From: Minisyncoccia bacterium
GTDB lineage: Bacteria > Patescibacteriota > Minisyncoccia > Phycocordibacterales > UBA918
Reading direction: 5' to 3'
Length of the DNA stretch: 64,000 nucleotides
Assembly (NCBI GenBank): GCA_046293175.1
Contig: JBKBPM010000002.1
Coordinates: 19,176 to 83,175, forward strand
Both the position numbers and the translations under genes were made by a program. The notes under the pieces were generated by a model. The model saw only the letters and a list, made by a program, of their open reading frames with translations. It was not told the DNA's origin and did no database searches. Positions 1 to 10,267 of the stretch are shown here, piece after piece. The first letter of the stretch is position 1; every line of letters starts with the position of its first letter.

Positions 1-96
1 CCCGTAGAAGAAGTCACCTTCAGCGAGGTGGTCGGCCGTTGCCACCTGGGTGGTAGCAAAAACAAGAAAGAGTGCCGCAATGAACTGTCTGATCAT
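1..96 (-). CDS. 5' part of a secreted hypothetical protein (runs off the window edge)
   Basis: Manual translation MIRQFIAALFLVFATTQVATADHLAEGDFFYG...; signal-peptide-like N-terminus. Confidence 0.55.
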   Translation of the reverse strand, partial: MIRQFIAALFLVFATTQVATADHLAEGDFFYG

Positions 97-110
97 CTTT
101 TAAAGATACT

Positions 111-458
111 CTATCTATTATCTTCCTTCACTCGAAACTTCAGCATCTTGGTGATGAGGGTCTTCGGGAGCGGTTTGTCGTACGAAAAGCGAACGCAACC
201 CTTTGAGGTACTGTATGACGCGAGCTCGGTGGCAAAAGCTGTAATAGCAGATGGGGTCGGGTAAAAGCCGAGGTGGCCTTTCATAGCGGCGAAGTGAACC
301 AGATTACCCTTCCCGACTAGCGTCGGCATACCGTATTTGATCGCCTCACTCGCCTTGGGTGCCGCTGCCCTGACGATCTCGTACATGGTACGGAGCTGTG
401 GCTGCACATCTTTGGCCTGAGCTTTCATATACGCGGCAACTGTTTGATACGTTTTCAT
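111..458 (-). CDS. DUF1801/YdhG-like protein
   Basis: From ATG 458: E-x-IKYGMP, HLGFYP, SKGCVRF..DKPLP motifs. Confidence 0.8.
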   Translation of the reverse strand: MKTYQTVAAYMKAQAKDVQPQLRTMYEIVRAAAPKASEAIKYGMPTLVGKGNLVHFAAMKGHLGFYPTPSAITAFATELASYSTSKGCVRFSYDKPLPKTLITKMLKFRVKEDNR

Positions 459-532
459 ACCAATAATTATAAAGTAGAAATACAAAAGCAGCACCTGTTG
501 GTACTGCTTTTGTGAAGCTAGTTCGATCTCTA

Positions 533-781
533 TTAGCCTCTGATGAGCTGCACTAACCAAATAAGTGCTACCGCCCCCACCACCGACACTCCGAGACTGT
601 AGAGATTTAGTCCGGTCACTCCCGCTCCCCCAAAGAAGCCAAAGAGCCATCCCCCAATTGATGCTCCAACGATCCCAACAATAATGTTGAGAATGATCCC
701 TTGTGATGCATCGGTCTTCATAATCATCGATGCAATCCAACCTGCAAGCCCACCTAGTACGAGCCACGCAATGTATCCCAT
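533..781 (-). CDS. GlsB/YeaQ/YmgE transglycosylase-associated membrane protein
   Basis: GGLAGWIAS...NIIVGIVGA..GG pattern, 82 aa, hydrophobic. Confidence 0.9.
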   Translation of the reverse strand: MGYIAWLVLGGLAGWIASMIMKTDASQGIILNIIVGIVGASIGGWLFGFFGGAGVTGLNLYSLGVSVVGAVALIWLVQLIRG

Positions 782-829
782 AACGGTTGTGAGTTAAAAA
801 ATAATCCTCTCTTAAATTGTATACCTGTC

Positions 830-1339
830 TTAGTCAGGGCACAATGCCCAATTACCGACGTTACTCGCTGCAGCAGCACGCGCAGCTTCTTTGAACGAGC
901 TAGCGAACATATCGTTTGGCGGTATGATGAGAGGCCGTGCCAGGCCAGCGGCAATGATAGCGTCGTTTACAAACACTTCCGCAGTCCCCTCGCCCACGTA
1001 GACATACCGTAAGAGGCGGTCATACTGGTCACGATCTTCGGCATCAGCCACGAGACGTACCGTCTTTCCTGCCACAAGTTCCCGATTGTATTTGGTGGCT
1101 TCGTGACTCCCACATTCAGGCTTGCCTTCGCGGCGTGGTTCGGGGGTATCGATACCGATGTAGCGCACCGTTTCTTTTTTACCATCCACGTTGACCTCAA
1201 TCGTGTCGCCATCAATCACCGACACCACCTCAGCCATAGTTTCTGCAGGTACATCTACCGGCGAGCTTGGGAAAGTAAACCACGGTACAAATAAACTGAT
1301 GATAGCCGTAAGGAAATTGATTATGAGATTAATGTCCAT
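830..1339 (-). CDS. Thermonuclease (SNase family), membrane-anchored
   Basis: VIDGDT, VRYIGIDTPE, DQYDRLLRYV motifs. Confidence 0.92.
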   Translation of the reverse strand: MDINLIINFLTAIISLFVPWFTFPSSPVDVPAETMAEVVSVIDGDTIEVNVDGKKETVRYIGIDTPEPRREGKPECGSHEATKYNRELVAGKTVRLVADAEDRDQYDRLLRYVYVGEGTAEVFVNDAIIAAGLARPLIIPPNDMFASSFKEAARAAAASNVGNWALCPD

Positions 1340-1371
1340 AGCAGTCGGTACTATTATGTCATAATAGTAGT

Positions 1372-2097
1372 ATGAAAAGTCATCGTGGCAACATTATCCC
1401 AGCCACGCTCGCAGCGAGCGCTATCCTTGGCATGATTGCGAGCGTAAGTCTCCTGTGGTTTCGTGACACACAGACGGCGGCCGTCGGCAACTTTAGCCTC
1501 ACCCCGAGTGCCGCTGTGGTTACCACTGACAACACCGTCACTTTTGATTTAATAGTCGAGACTGACACCAGCGTAAACGCTTTTGGCGGCACGCTCATGT
1601 TCGACGAGTCAATTCTCAGTGTCGAAAAGATTGATTACAATACTTCAATAGCAGACCTCTGGGCCAAAGCACCCTGGTACAAAAAAGGTTCTGGCACTAT
1701 TTCGTTTGGTGGTGGTACCACGAAGCCAGGTGGGTTCATTGGTCGTGACAACCTCCTCACTATCACTTTCAAAGCTCGTGTCCCTGGCAAAGCCTCGGTA
1801 TCAGTGGCTGATATCCAAATTCTCGAGCATGATGGGTACGGTACGCCACTAACCACCGAAACCGAAATCGACAGCATCTTAACCGTAGTGCCTCATACTT
1901 CAAGTTACGAAGAAAAATCAATTGTTATTGTCCGTCCAGAAAATGTTTCGAGTGACCTCAATGGTGATGGTGTGATCTCACTCAAAGACGCGAGTATCCT
2001 GCTCGGATATCTCGCAACCAGTGACCTCCGCGGCGATCTCACGGGTGATGGTCGAGTGACCCTTGGCGATATGAGCGCCCTTATGAGTAATTTCTAG
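1372..2097 (+). CDS. Secreted cohesin + dockerin domain protein
   Basis: N-terminal TM, cohesin-like beta domain (VNAFGGTL..D...L; LLTITFKA), two DLxGDG EF-hand-like dockerin repeats. Confidence 0.75.
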   Translation: MKSHRGNIIPATLAASAILGMIASVSLLWFRDTQTAAVGNFSLTPSAAVVTTDNTVTFDLIVETDTSVNAFGGTLMFDESILSVEKIDYNTSIADLWAKAPWYKKGSGTISFGGGTTKPGGFIGRDNLLTITFKARVPGKASVSVADIQILEHDGYGTPLTTETEIDSILTVVPHTSSYEEKSIVIVRPENVSSDLNGDGVISLKDASILLGYLATSDLRGDLTGDGRVTLGDMSALMSNF

Positions 2098-3272
2098 CTC
2101 ACCGTAAATGATTCGGTCACCGCAAGGAGCTCAGCTGATTCATTCGTCCGGATAACGGCAGCCAACACAGCAGAACTCTGACTTGAGATAATGCCATCGC
2201 GTCCGATGGTCATTTCGTTGCGGTCTTCGTCGAGGTCAATACCAAGCGATTCTAAACCAGCCAGGAAAAGGGCGCGGAGTTGCGGACTGCGTTCTGCCGC
2301 GGTAGCGGTCAGTACCACCGCATCAAGGCCACCAAGCGCGACGAGGTACGAACCGAGGGTTTTTTGAAACCGGTAGACACATTGCTGGAAGGCTGCCATG
2401 ACCGACTCATCCCCTTGCTCGAGCCGCGCAAGTAGGTGGCGAAAGTCAGACTCGCCAGTGAGGCCCACAAAGCCACCACGTGTTTGGAGATAGGTGTGCA
2501 TATCAAGCGGCTTCATGTGGTGAATACGCATCAGCTCAAGCACGACTGCTGGTTCGATATCACCGGTACGGGCACCCATCATGAGTCCACTCCCCGGTGC
2601 AAAGCCCATGGTGGTATCGATACTGACGCCGTTCTTAAGCGCACACATACTCATACCACTGCCGATATGACAGACTACTACCCGTGAGGCAGTGAGCGGG
2701 AGGAGTGATGGTAACTGCTTTGCAATCGAAGCGTACGATAAGCCATGGTAGCCAAAGCGATACAGATCATGGGTGCGGATGTCTTCTTGTTCAATCGCAA
2801 AAGTACGCGCGTAGGTTGGAACAGTATTATGGAATGCGCTGTCAGAAACCCCTACCACTACCGCAGTTGGCAGAAGGCGGAGTATCTCTAGAAGCTCAGC
2901 GAGTGTATGAGGAATGTGTAGTGGAGCAAGCACCAGTGCCGCCTCAAGACGGTCTCGGTACTCCTCGTCAATCTGGCGATGGGTCGTGAAGTAGGTACCG
3001 GGCGCCACAATCCGTAGTCCAACTCGGGTGATGGCATTTGCACTTGGTATCAACTGGTCGGTCACTGCTGCAGTAAGCACATACGACAACGCCGATGTAT
3101 ATTCAGTCCCCGTAATACCAGCGCAGAGCTGGCCTTGGCCGTTATGTTCGCGGCACACTTCATACTGATGCTCGTTGCGTTCAAAGCGGTAGGTGGCAAT
3201 AGTTCGCCCAGCGTCAATAAGCGTGTATTTTTTTGAAGAAGAACCCGGATTGATTATTAACGTGAATGCCAT
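2094..3272 (-). CDS. ackA: Acetate kinase
   Basis: INPGSSS, APLH, DSAFH, YRFGYHGLS, TTMGF motifs. Confidence 0.92.
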   Translation of the reverse strand: MAFTLIINPGSSSKKYTLIDAGRTIATYRFERNEHQYEVCREHNGQGQLCAGITGTEYTSALSYVLTAAVTDQLIPSANAITRVGLRIVAPGTYFTTHRQIDEEYRDRLEAALVLAPLHIPHTLAELLEILRLLPTAVVVGVSDSAFHNTVPTYARTFAIEQEDIRTHDLYRFGYHGLSYASIAKQLPSLLPLTASRVVVCHIGSGMSMCALKNGVSIDTTMGFAPGSGLMMGARTGDIEPAVVLELMRIHHMKPLDMHTYLQTRGGFVGLTGESDFRHLLARLEQGDESVMAAFQQCVYRFQKTLGSYLVALGGLDAVVLTATAAERSPQLRALFLAGLESLGIDLDEDRNEMTIGRDGIISSQSSAVLAAVIRTNESAELLAVTESFTVS

Positions 3273-5611
3273 GTCCAGTTAGTAATTTCAATTGGATCGT
3301 CGCCGTGTTCGATAATGTACGCACGGTGTGATTCGAGCTTTTCTTGATAGACGTCGCGGAGTTGCTTGGCTTCCTGGGCCGTGATGACACGCGCGTGTTC
3401 AGCAATGGCAAACGCTTCCATCGCGAGATGATACCGGTCGACGTGATTGCGGACCATCATGTCAAAGGCGGTAGTGGTTGAACCACTTTCTTCGTAGCCG
3501 TGGACAGTAAAGCGAGTGGCATCTCCCCCATAATCAAAGAGGATTTGTTTGATGGTCTGTGGGTAGCCGTGGAAGTTGATGCGAACTGGTTTGTCTTCAG
3601 TAAAGTAGTCTTCAAATTCATGCCGAAGGACGAGGTGCTTGGAGTTGCCAAGTCCTCCGCCTGAAAGGGCATTGATGTTCACGTAGCGCATACGGAAAGC
3701 AGGGATTTCACGACGGACGATACTGATGGCCGCGAGCGTCTCCTGGGTTGGGTAGTCACCGGCTGAGGCAAAAACCATATGAGGGTCGTTGTCGGTAGCA
3801 AAGTCCCAAATAGCAATACCCATATCGATATCACGCTTGGCTTCAGTCGCGGTCCGCCAGATTGGGAGCGGGCGCTTTTCACAAACCATCACATTAATCT
3901 CTCGTTCACTATCCATCATGCGGGCAAAGGCTGCGAGCGCTAAGTTAGCGTCCGCTGGAAAATAGACATTGGTGAAATCACTTTGGCGTTGGAGTACTCC
4001 ATCAATAAAGCCGGGGTTCTGGTGCGAGAAGCCATTATGCTCTTGGCGCCAGCCAGTTGAAGTGAGGATGTAATTTAAAGACGCAATCGTGCCGCGCCAT
4101 GGCACCTGACGCGCAATCTTGAGGAACTTCGCGTACTGGTCGGTCATACTCGCAACAATCTGCGCAAAGGCTTCGTAAGACACGAGGAGCCCATGACGAC
4201 CAGTGAGTACGTACCCTTGGAGCAATCCCTGGAGACTGTGTTCGGAAAGCATCTCGAGGACTCGCCCATCGCGCGAGATGTCTTTGTCCCAGGGCTTTAG
4301 GGGCCAGAGAAAAGAGCGGGTGGTCGTCTCAAAGACAGCGTGGATTTTGTTTGAGTAGGTTTCATCCGGCGACATAAGACGGAGATTGCGACGGTCGGCA
4401 TTAAGCGTCATGGTATCGCGCAGGTAGGCACCAATTTTTTCCATACTACTTTCCATACCGCAGATGGGATCATCGAGGTTGCAGGTGTTTCCCGAACTAT
4501 AGGCGCTCGTGTCTGGGAGCACCAGCTTCTGGTAGTGCGGCTGACCACCACGGGCGTACGCTGAATTACCCATGCGTCGCTCGGGCGACGGAACCAGTGA
4601 CTCAATACCAGCTGTGAAGCCCTGCCCACTAAAGAGTTCGTCAAAGTGGTAAGAGCGAAGCCAAGTCTCGAGGGCGGCGAGATGCGTCTCGTTGGTCTTC
4701 GCGAATTCAGCAATCACCTGGTGTGAGGTGTGATTGTCTTCAATACGCTTACCATCAAGCTCGGGAATACTGTGCCAACCTTTGGGGGTACGTAAAATAA
4801 TCATAGGCCAGCGTGGTGGTTCTTTGAGGTTCCCCTCGCGAGCAATGTACTGGGTAAACTGAATAGCCGACACGGCGGTATCAAGTACCTCCATCATGCG
4901 GGTATGCACATCGGCCTCGGTATAGGCATCAACAATGTGTGGCTCGTAGCCATAACCGATGAATAGCGCGGTTAGTTCTTCGTCGCTCATCCGCCCGGCA
5001 AAAGTTGGACCAGAAATCTTGTACCCATTGAGGTGAAGAATTGGTAGCACAGCTCCATTGGTCGCTGGATCAACAAGCTTATTGAGGTGCCAAGCGGTCG
5101 CGGTAGGACCGGTTTCAAATTCACCATCACCAATGAGACACGCCGCGATAAGGGACGGATTATCAAGGACGGCACCGTAGGCGGTAGCAAGCGCGTAACC
5201 GAGTTCCCCACCTTCGAGAATCACTCCCGGAGCTTCCGGGTTACTGTGACTCGGGAAACCATACGGCCAACTAAACTGCCCAGCAAGGTAGGACAAGCCG
5301 GCTTCGGTACGAGGGATTTTTTCGTAGTACTGGCTGAGGGTACCTTCGAGGAAAAGATTCGCTTGTATCGCTGGAAAACCGTGGCCCGGACCAAGCACAA
5401 AGAGCATGTCGAGGTCACGAGCGACGATGGCGCGATTGAGGTGAGCGTAGGTAAAGTTGATACCTGGGCAGGTACCCCAGTGGCCCAAGAGACGAGACTT
5501 CACATGCTCCGGCGCCAATGGCTCCTCAAGGAGAAAGTTGGCTTGTAAGTAGATTTGAATGGCCGAGAGATAATCTGCGGCGCGGATGTATTCCAAAAGA
5601 GCTTCGCGCAT
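3257..5611 (-). CDS. xfp: Xylulose-5-P/fructose-6-P phosphoketolase
   Basis: GHWGTCPG, EGGELGY, GDGEFETG, HNGFSHQ motifs; start MREALL at 5611. Confidence 0.96.
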   Translation of the reverse strand: MREALLEYIRAADYLSAIQIYLQANFLLEEPLAPEHVKSRLLGHWGTCPGINFTYAHLNRAIVARDLDMLFVLGPGHGFPAIQANLFLEGTLSQYYEKIPRTEAGLSYLAGQFSWPYGFPSHSNPEAPGVILEGGELGYALATAYGAVLDNPSLIAACLIGDGEFETGPTATAWHLNKLVDPATNGAVLPILHLNGYKISGPTFAGRMSDEELTALFIGYGYEPHIVDAYTEADVHTRMMEVLDTAVSAIQFTQYIAREGNLKEPPRWPMIILRTPKGWHSIPELDGKRIEDNHTSHQVIAEFAKTNETHLAALETWLRSYHFDELFSGQGFTAGIESLVPSPERRMGNSAYARGGQPHYQKLVLPDTSAYSSGNTCNLDDPICGMESSMEKIGAYLRDTMTLNADRRNLRLMSPDETYSNKIHAVFETTTRSFLWPLKPWDKDISRDGRVLEMLSEHSLQGLLQGYVLTGRHGLLVSYEAFAQIVASMTDQYAKFLKIARQVPWRGTIASLNYILTSTGWRQEHNGFSHQNPGFIDGVLQRQSDFTNVYFPADANLALAAFARMMDSEREINVMVCEKRPLPIWRTATEAKRDIDMGIAIWDFATDNDPHMVFASAGDYPTQETLAAISIVRREIPAFRMRYVNINALSGGGLGNSKHLVLRHEFEDYFTEDKPVRINFHGYPQTIKQILFDYGGDATRFTVHGYEESGSTTTAFDMMVRNHVDRYHLAMEAFAIAEHARVITAQEAKQLRDVYQEKLESHRAYIIEHGDDPIEITNWTWHSR

Positions 5612-5714
5612 ACAGTGGTAGTATACCAGTGCTAACCACAACTGTTTGACGTCTGCTGTTCACAAAAGTAGTAGTGGAGTGAATCAAATATCTTGTGGTA
5701 TACTCTTTCGCGCT

Positions 5715-6122
5715 ATGAAAAAAACTGATCACCTCGTGGTAAAACGCGGTACACACGGACTTGGACTTTTTACCACTGCTCCAATTGCGAAGGGATCTCT
5801 CATTATTGAATACACAGGGGAGAAAATTACTGCCGACGAAGCAAACAGACGCGGTGGTCAGTATCTCTTTGAGATCAACGACAGTTACACGGTTGACGGT
5901 CGCGGTCGTGAGAATACCGCCCGGTACATTAACCATTCTTGCCGCCCAAACTGCTATCCCGAAATTGATGAAGATGAGGAACATATCTTTATTTACGCCA
6001 AACGTGCCATTAAGCCAGGCGAAGAGCTCACGTACGACTACGGGAAAGAATTTTGGAACGAATACATCAAACCAAAACAGTGCCGCTGCGAAAAATGTAC
6101 TGAAGCGAGAGCAAAAGCCTAA
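5715..6122 (+). CDS. SET-domain lysine methyltransferase with post-SET cysteines
   Basis: GLGLF, IEYTGE, RYINHSC.PN, GEELTYDY, CRCEKC. Confidence 0.92.
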   Translation: MKKTDHLVVKRGTHGLGLFTTAPIAKGSLIIEYTGEKITADEANRRGGQYLFEINDSYTVDGRGRENTARYINHSCRPNCYPEIDEDEEHIFIYAKRAIKPGEELTYDYGKEFWNEYIKPKQCRCEKCTEARAKA

Positions 6123-6157
6123 ACAAAAACTACTCACCTTGATACTGGTGAGTAGTT

Positions 6158-6790
6158 TTAGGAAGTAGGAGTAGTTGTCTCGGCCGGGACAAGACCGCTT
6201 GGTGTAGCACCATCACCTAGGGGAGTGTTGTCGGTGCCTTCGGTATTGCTATCTGTAGTTTCAGTAACTGCCTCAGAGCTGGTAGCCGTGGTAGTAGCGG
6301 GGGTCTCAGGAACAGGTGGTGGGGTCGGCGCATCTGCTGGAGTGAGTCCACCATTTGGACGGAGGTCACTACTCTGAACTGGAACCGTGATGGTGCTTTC
6401 GCCTTCGCGCACTTCGCCGCGATTGATACGTTCATTGCGTTCGTTTACGACCGCCACCACATCAATCTGACCATTATCGCTCATCCCAATTCCGACCCCA
6501 GCACCACACAGAAGAAGGACAATGCTCAGTGTCCACATGAGTGAACGGCGACCACGCGACACCGCCTTTCGCTGTTCGCTGATTGAGGTCGGCGCACGCC
6601 GAGCCGGTTCGGTCCGAGCCGCTGCAACGAAAGTAGTCTCTTTGACCGGTTCAACACGCTTCCGTGGTCCCCGTGGTGCCCGCGAGGCTGGTGCTTCGCC
6701 GTCAGAAACAACCGTCACCCGCTTGCGAGGCGCGCGTTTTTTGGGGACTAGCGTTTCTTCTTCAGTTGTCGTTGTTCGCGCACGCGGCAT
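6158..6790 (-). CDS. Hypothetical single-TM protein (basic N-terminus, P/T-rich C-terminus)
   Basis: About 210-aa ORF with one TM; converges on a bidirectional terminator near 6127-6160. Confidence 0.7.
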   Translation of the reverse strand: MPRARTTTTEEETLVPKKRAPRKRVTVVSDGEAPASRAPRGPRKRVEPVKETTFVAAARTEPARRAPTSISEQRKAVSRGRRSLMWTLSIVLLLCGAGVGIGMSDNGQIDVVAVVNERNERINRGEVREGESTITVPVQSSDLRPNGGLTPADAPTPPPVPETPATTTATSSEAVTETTDSNTEGTDNTPLGDGATPSGLVPAETTTPTS

Positions 6791-6826
6791 GTCAAGATAT
6801 TCTAGCATTTGTTACACTAGATACAT

Positions 6827-7633
6827 ATGGCTACCACCCTTCTTATCAACATCTTTCTTTTTGCACTGATTATCTTCACACTGTCGACACTTATCTTCTT
6901 ATACTCAGCCCACAAAGAGGATATGAGTGTGATGGACATAGCGTATGGGCCTTTGTTTGCCATTGGCGCCTGGTCAGCCATTGTGATAACCGAAGGCTAT
7001 TACCCACTTACTCTGCTCGTTGCCACACTCATCACGCTCTGGGCACTGCGACTTGGTGTGCGTATCTGGCGCAAAAATCACGAGAAGCCCGAAGACGCCC
7101 GCTATGCCGCTTGGCGCCAAGCCTGGATGCGGCAAGGTCGGCAATACTTCCTCATACGCAGTTACCTGCAGGTAAATTTATTCCAGGGATTGATTATCTG
7201 TATCATCGCACTGCCGTTTATCGTCACGCTCTCAGCTGGCGACGCACACGGTACCTGGCAGACGGCGGTCGGTGCGCTTCTCATGCTCTTTGGACTCGCT
7301 TATGAAACCACGGCTGACTGGCAGCTGGATGCCTTCCTCGCGCGCAAGCGGTCTGGCATTGAGGCAGCTACCATCATGACCTCCGGACTCTTCCGCTATA
7401 GTCGCCGACCCAATTATTTTGGTGAGGTCTTGATCTGGGTTGGGCTCGCTATGATGGCGTATCCTCTCCCCTACGGAGAATGGGCCATACTCAGTCCACT
7501 CCTCATCTGGTACATCGTGACCCGTGTCACCGGACCAATGCTTGAAAAAATCTTTTTGGAAAAATATCCCGATGCCTACCAAGCCTACATGGCCCGTACC
7601 AACTATTTTATTCCTGGCAAACCACGTGAATAA
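6827..7633 (+). CDS. DUF1295 / steroid 5-alpha-reductase-like membrane protein
   Basis: EDARY, ADWQL..F, GLFRYSRRPNYFGE. Confidence 0.9.
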   Translation: MATTLLINIFLFALIIFTLSTLIFLYSAHKEDMSVMDIAYGPLFAIGAWSAIVITEGYYPLTLLVATLITLWALRLGVRIWRKNHEKPEDARYAAWRQAWMRQGRQYFLIRSYLQVNLFQGLIICIIALPFIVTLSAGDAHGTWQTAVGALLMLFGLAYETTADWQLDAFLARKRSGIEAATIMTSGLFRYSRRPNYFGEVLIWVGLAMMAYPLPYGEWAILSPLLIWYIVTRVTGPMLEKIFLEKYPDAYQAYMARTNYFIPGKPRE

Positions 7634-7686
7634 TAATCACTATATACTAAAAACAAGCGGTGCCCACTATTTAGGTGCCGCTTGTT

Positions 7687-7809
7687 TTACTTCCCCGCCT
7701 TACACCGCTCGCTGCAATAGATAACCTGTTCCCACTGACCGCGGAGCTTCCAGCTTTTGCGATTCGTAAACGGTTTACCACACCGAACACAGAGTTTTGA
7801 ATCTTTCAT
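7687..7809 (-). CDS. DUF2256-like small Cys protein (not in ORF track)
   Basis: Manual translation MKDSKLCVRCGKPFTNRKSWKLRGQWEQVIYCSERCKAGK; CxxC...YCSxRC signature. Confidence 0.85.
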   Translation of the reverse strand: MKDSKLCVRCGKPFTNRKSWKLRGQWEQVIYCSERCKAGK

Positions 7810-7854
7810 TATGCACTTATCGTACGCGTTTTTACTCTTTTGTTCTATCCCCAA

Positions 7855-7883
7855 TTGACAGGCTCCACCATCGCGGTTACTAT
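7855..7883 (+). promoter_or_regulatory. sigma70-type promoter
   Basis: TTGACA-17-TACTAT followed by a 10-bp hairpin at 7890-7915. Confidence 0.7.
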
Positions 7884-7940
7884 CGCAGGTTCCGCTCTAC
7901 CGGTATAGAGCGGAAGTATGAAGCAAAGAAACGAGGATAA

Positions 7941-8189
7941 ATGCAGATGCTAACCACAACACAGCCCACCACGACCCCGCGGGGCCAAACGAGGGCGTTT
8001 CGGATCTTTGAGGAGATCCGCTCGATCCTGCCGATCGCCGAGCGGGTGCGGCAGCGGTGGCAGAAGCGACCGGTGGCCGCACTGAACCGCGAACAGCTGA
8101 TCGACCAGCTTGTGCGCGAGCATCATCTCCATTGCCATGGAGCATGTGGTAGCTGTCGCCACACTATCCAAGACATCTTCAGCGACTAG
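7941..8189 (+). CDS. Orphan hypothetical protein with CxxxCxxC
   Basis: GAGG SD, own promoter and terminator. Confidence 0.65.
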   Translation: MQMLTTTQPTTTPRGQTRAFRIFEEIRSILPIAERVRQRWQKRPVAALNREQLIDQLVREHHLHCHGACGSCRHTIQDIFSD

Positions 8190-8219
8190 CGCCGACGCGG
8201 TGCCAGCCTGAACACGACG

Positions 8220-8250
8220 CGGCCGAAGGGAACCCCTTCGGCCGTTTTTT
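8220..8250 (+). terminator. Intrinsic terminator
   Basis: CGGCCGAAGG/CCTTCGGCCG stem + T6. Confidence 0.85.
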
Positions 8251-8314
8251 ATTTCTGATATAAAATACCCCCCGACCGTTCCCGGTCGGGGTGATTTCTT
8301 TTCTTGCAGCCAGA

Positions 8315-8635
8315 TTAGGCGGCAATGGCAGGGACGAGGGTAAACTGCTCCGGCGGTTCCTCCTTGAACCGCGGCAGGTCAGCTGGAAGGTACGTCATGC
8401 GCCAGCCGAGCACCAGCATGATGCGGTCGAGCGTCCAGGCCGTGGGACGCCTCGTCACACCATTGAGCAGATTGTTCATGGTCGACACGCCGACATACGC
8501 TTCCTTGGCGATGTCTTCGAGTGTGCGGCCATTGCGCAGTGCTATGCGCAACATCCACTTCACCATGCTGACGCGCATTTGGAACAGCGCTTCGGCTTCG
8601 GCGAAGCCTTCGGGGTCAGTTTCGACATACTTCAC
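8315..8635 (-). CDS. XRE-like helix-turn-helix protein
   Basis: TLEDIAKEAYVGVSTMNNLLNG...P....L..I HTH pattern; AAGGA SD, GTG start; TTGCAT/TATAAT promoter at 8704-8677. Confidence 0.75.
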   Translation of the reverse strand: MKYVETDPEGFAEAEALFQMRVSMVKWMLRIALRNGRTLEDIAKEAYVGVSTMNNLLNGVTRRPTAWTLDRIMLVLGWRMTYLPADLPRFKEEPPEQFTLVPAIAA

Positions 8636-8815
8636 AGTGTAGTCCTTTCCTCTGGGAACAAAATCTTATGCGAAGCATTATATCACAAAATTATTAAAAT
8701 GCAATAGTTCATCATTAGACTTAAATGTACTTCTCCTACGAAGTGGGCTTTACGAATACAAATATACGAAGTACGGTTATAGGTAGCAACAACCATTGAC
8801 CGAAAGGAGGTCACT

Positions 8816-9440
8816 GTGTCGAATCTACCCTCACTCCTTCTCGTGATGCTGGCCATGATCTTTACGGTCTTAGGTAGTAGTCGCTTCAGCACCGCTGAAG
8901 AACCGGTAACTCGGTCACACCTTATCATCGTCGCCGACCATAGTACGAGTATGCATACAAGCGGTGCCATGTTCGTACTCACGAACGCTATCATCACAAC
9001 CCTCGATAGTTTTCCAGGCGACTGCGGTGAAACCAAGGTCACCTATATCGCCTGGGGAGATTCTATCCGATCAGTTTCAGCGAACGTAAATGGCTGATGC
9101 GCGATACAACCTCATGCTCGAGATCGGTGATTTCTCTAATCTCGACCTTAGAGGTACGAATGATAAAGAAGCTATCGAAGTGGCAAATGCTTTAGTCAAC
9201 CCGGAAGAAAAAACGATTGTCGTCTTTCTCACCGACAATGTGTCCGGAGGATATGCGATTGGCCAAGTTAATTATGAACTTCACAAAGTCGGCATCATTC
9301 GACCCGGTGCAGCTGAGAGTCTTCGTGATAAGTTCCTCCCGGGACAAGGAATTGTCCATAACATCGACACAATCGATGATCTCACTGTCATTATGACAGA
9401 TATCCTCGCTTCGGCTCGTAGTTCGCTCTGCCTCGGATGA
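8816..9440 (+). pseudogene. Secreted vWA-like protein, frameshifted near 9090 (paralog of 9614..10267)
   Basis: ORFs 8816..9097 (DHSTS MIDAS, TYIAWG) and 9090..9440 (VFLTD...LCLG) together align with the intact paralog. Confidence 0.75.
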
Positions 9441-9613
9441 CATCTTCGTCCGCCGTTCCTTTTCTGGACCGGCGGGCGCTTTTTAGTTTAAAACTTCATA
9501 CACTCACTTTCGAATGGTGTTTTCTATATCAATGCGGCACACCTCTTTACGAAAATCACCATAAGGAGTACGTTTATAGGTAGCGAAACACTAACCAGGC
9601 AAGGAGACTACCG

Positions 9614-10267
9614 ATGTCTATCCGACTCGCACTCGTCACTTCCTTGGTCGCGATCTTCCTGATCTTTGCTACCAAACCAGTAAAAGCTGATCCGACCATC
9701 GGTCACGTCATTATCCTTGGTGATCAAAGTACGAGCATGTATCCGAGAATAGATGAAGAAACCACCACTCTGGCAACCTTAACCGATATCGTGTTTCAAC
9801 GAGTTGGTATCACGAATGCCCTTCGTGAATTTACTCCCTGGTGCAACAGCGTTCGGGCCACCTATATCGCTTGGGGTGAACTGCAAAGCCAACCCATAAG
9901 CGAGTTGGTAGAACCAGGCAAACATTTTTCAGACGAATTCATCGCGATGATCGATGATGAATCTGACTACCCACATGGTGGTACCGCCCATGGTGCAGCC
10001 CTCACGGAAGGTATCCGGCAAGTGTCGGCGACCGAACCAACTGCCCTGGTGTTCATCACTAATGGTGCAGGGAAACCTGTCTCAAACGTGGACCTCACAC
10101 CAGTCACCGTGTTTAAAGTCTCTTTATTCAATGAAGAGGTGACGGAGTACCTCCGTGACGAGTTCTTGCCAAACGAACCTCATCTCGTGCAGGCAGAAAG
10201 CGCAGCGGACGTATCATTGGCGGTGAAAGCTGCGTTGCAATCGGTCGATACCCTCTGCCTCGGTTAG
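9614..10267 (+). CDS. Secreted vWA-like (MIDAS) protein
   Basis: Signal peptide, DQSTS, TYIAWG, GT, VFITNG, C-terminal LCLG. Confidence 0.75.
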   Translation: MSIRLALVTSLVAIFLIFATKPVKADPTIGHVIILGDQSTSMYPRIDEETTTLATLTDIVFQRVGITNALREFTPWCNSVRATYIAWGELQSQPISELVEPGKHFSDEFIAMIDDESDYPHGGTAHGAALTEGIRQVSATEPTALVFITNGAGKPVSNVDLTPVTVFKVSLFNEEVTEYLRDEFLPNEPHLVQAESAADVSLAVKAALQSVDTLCLG

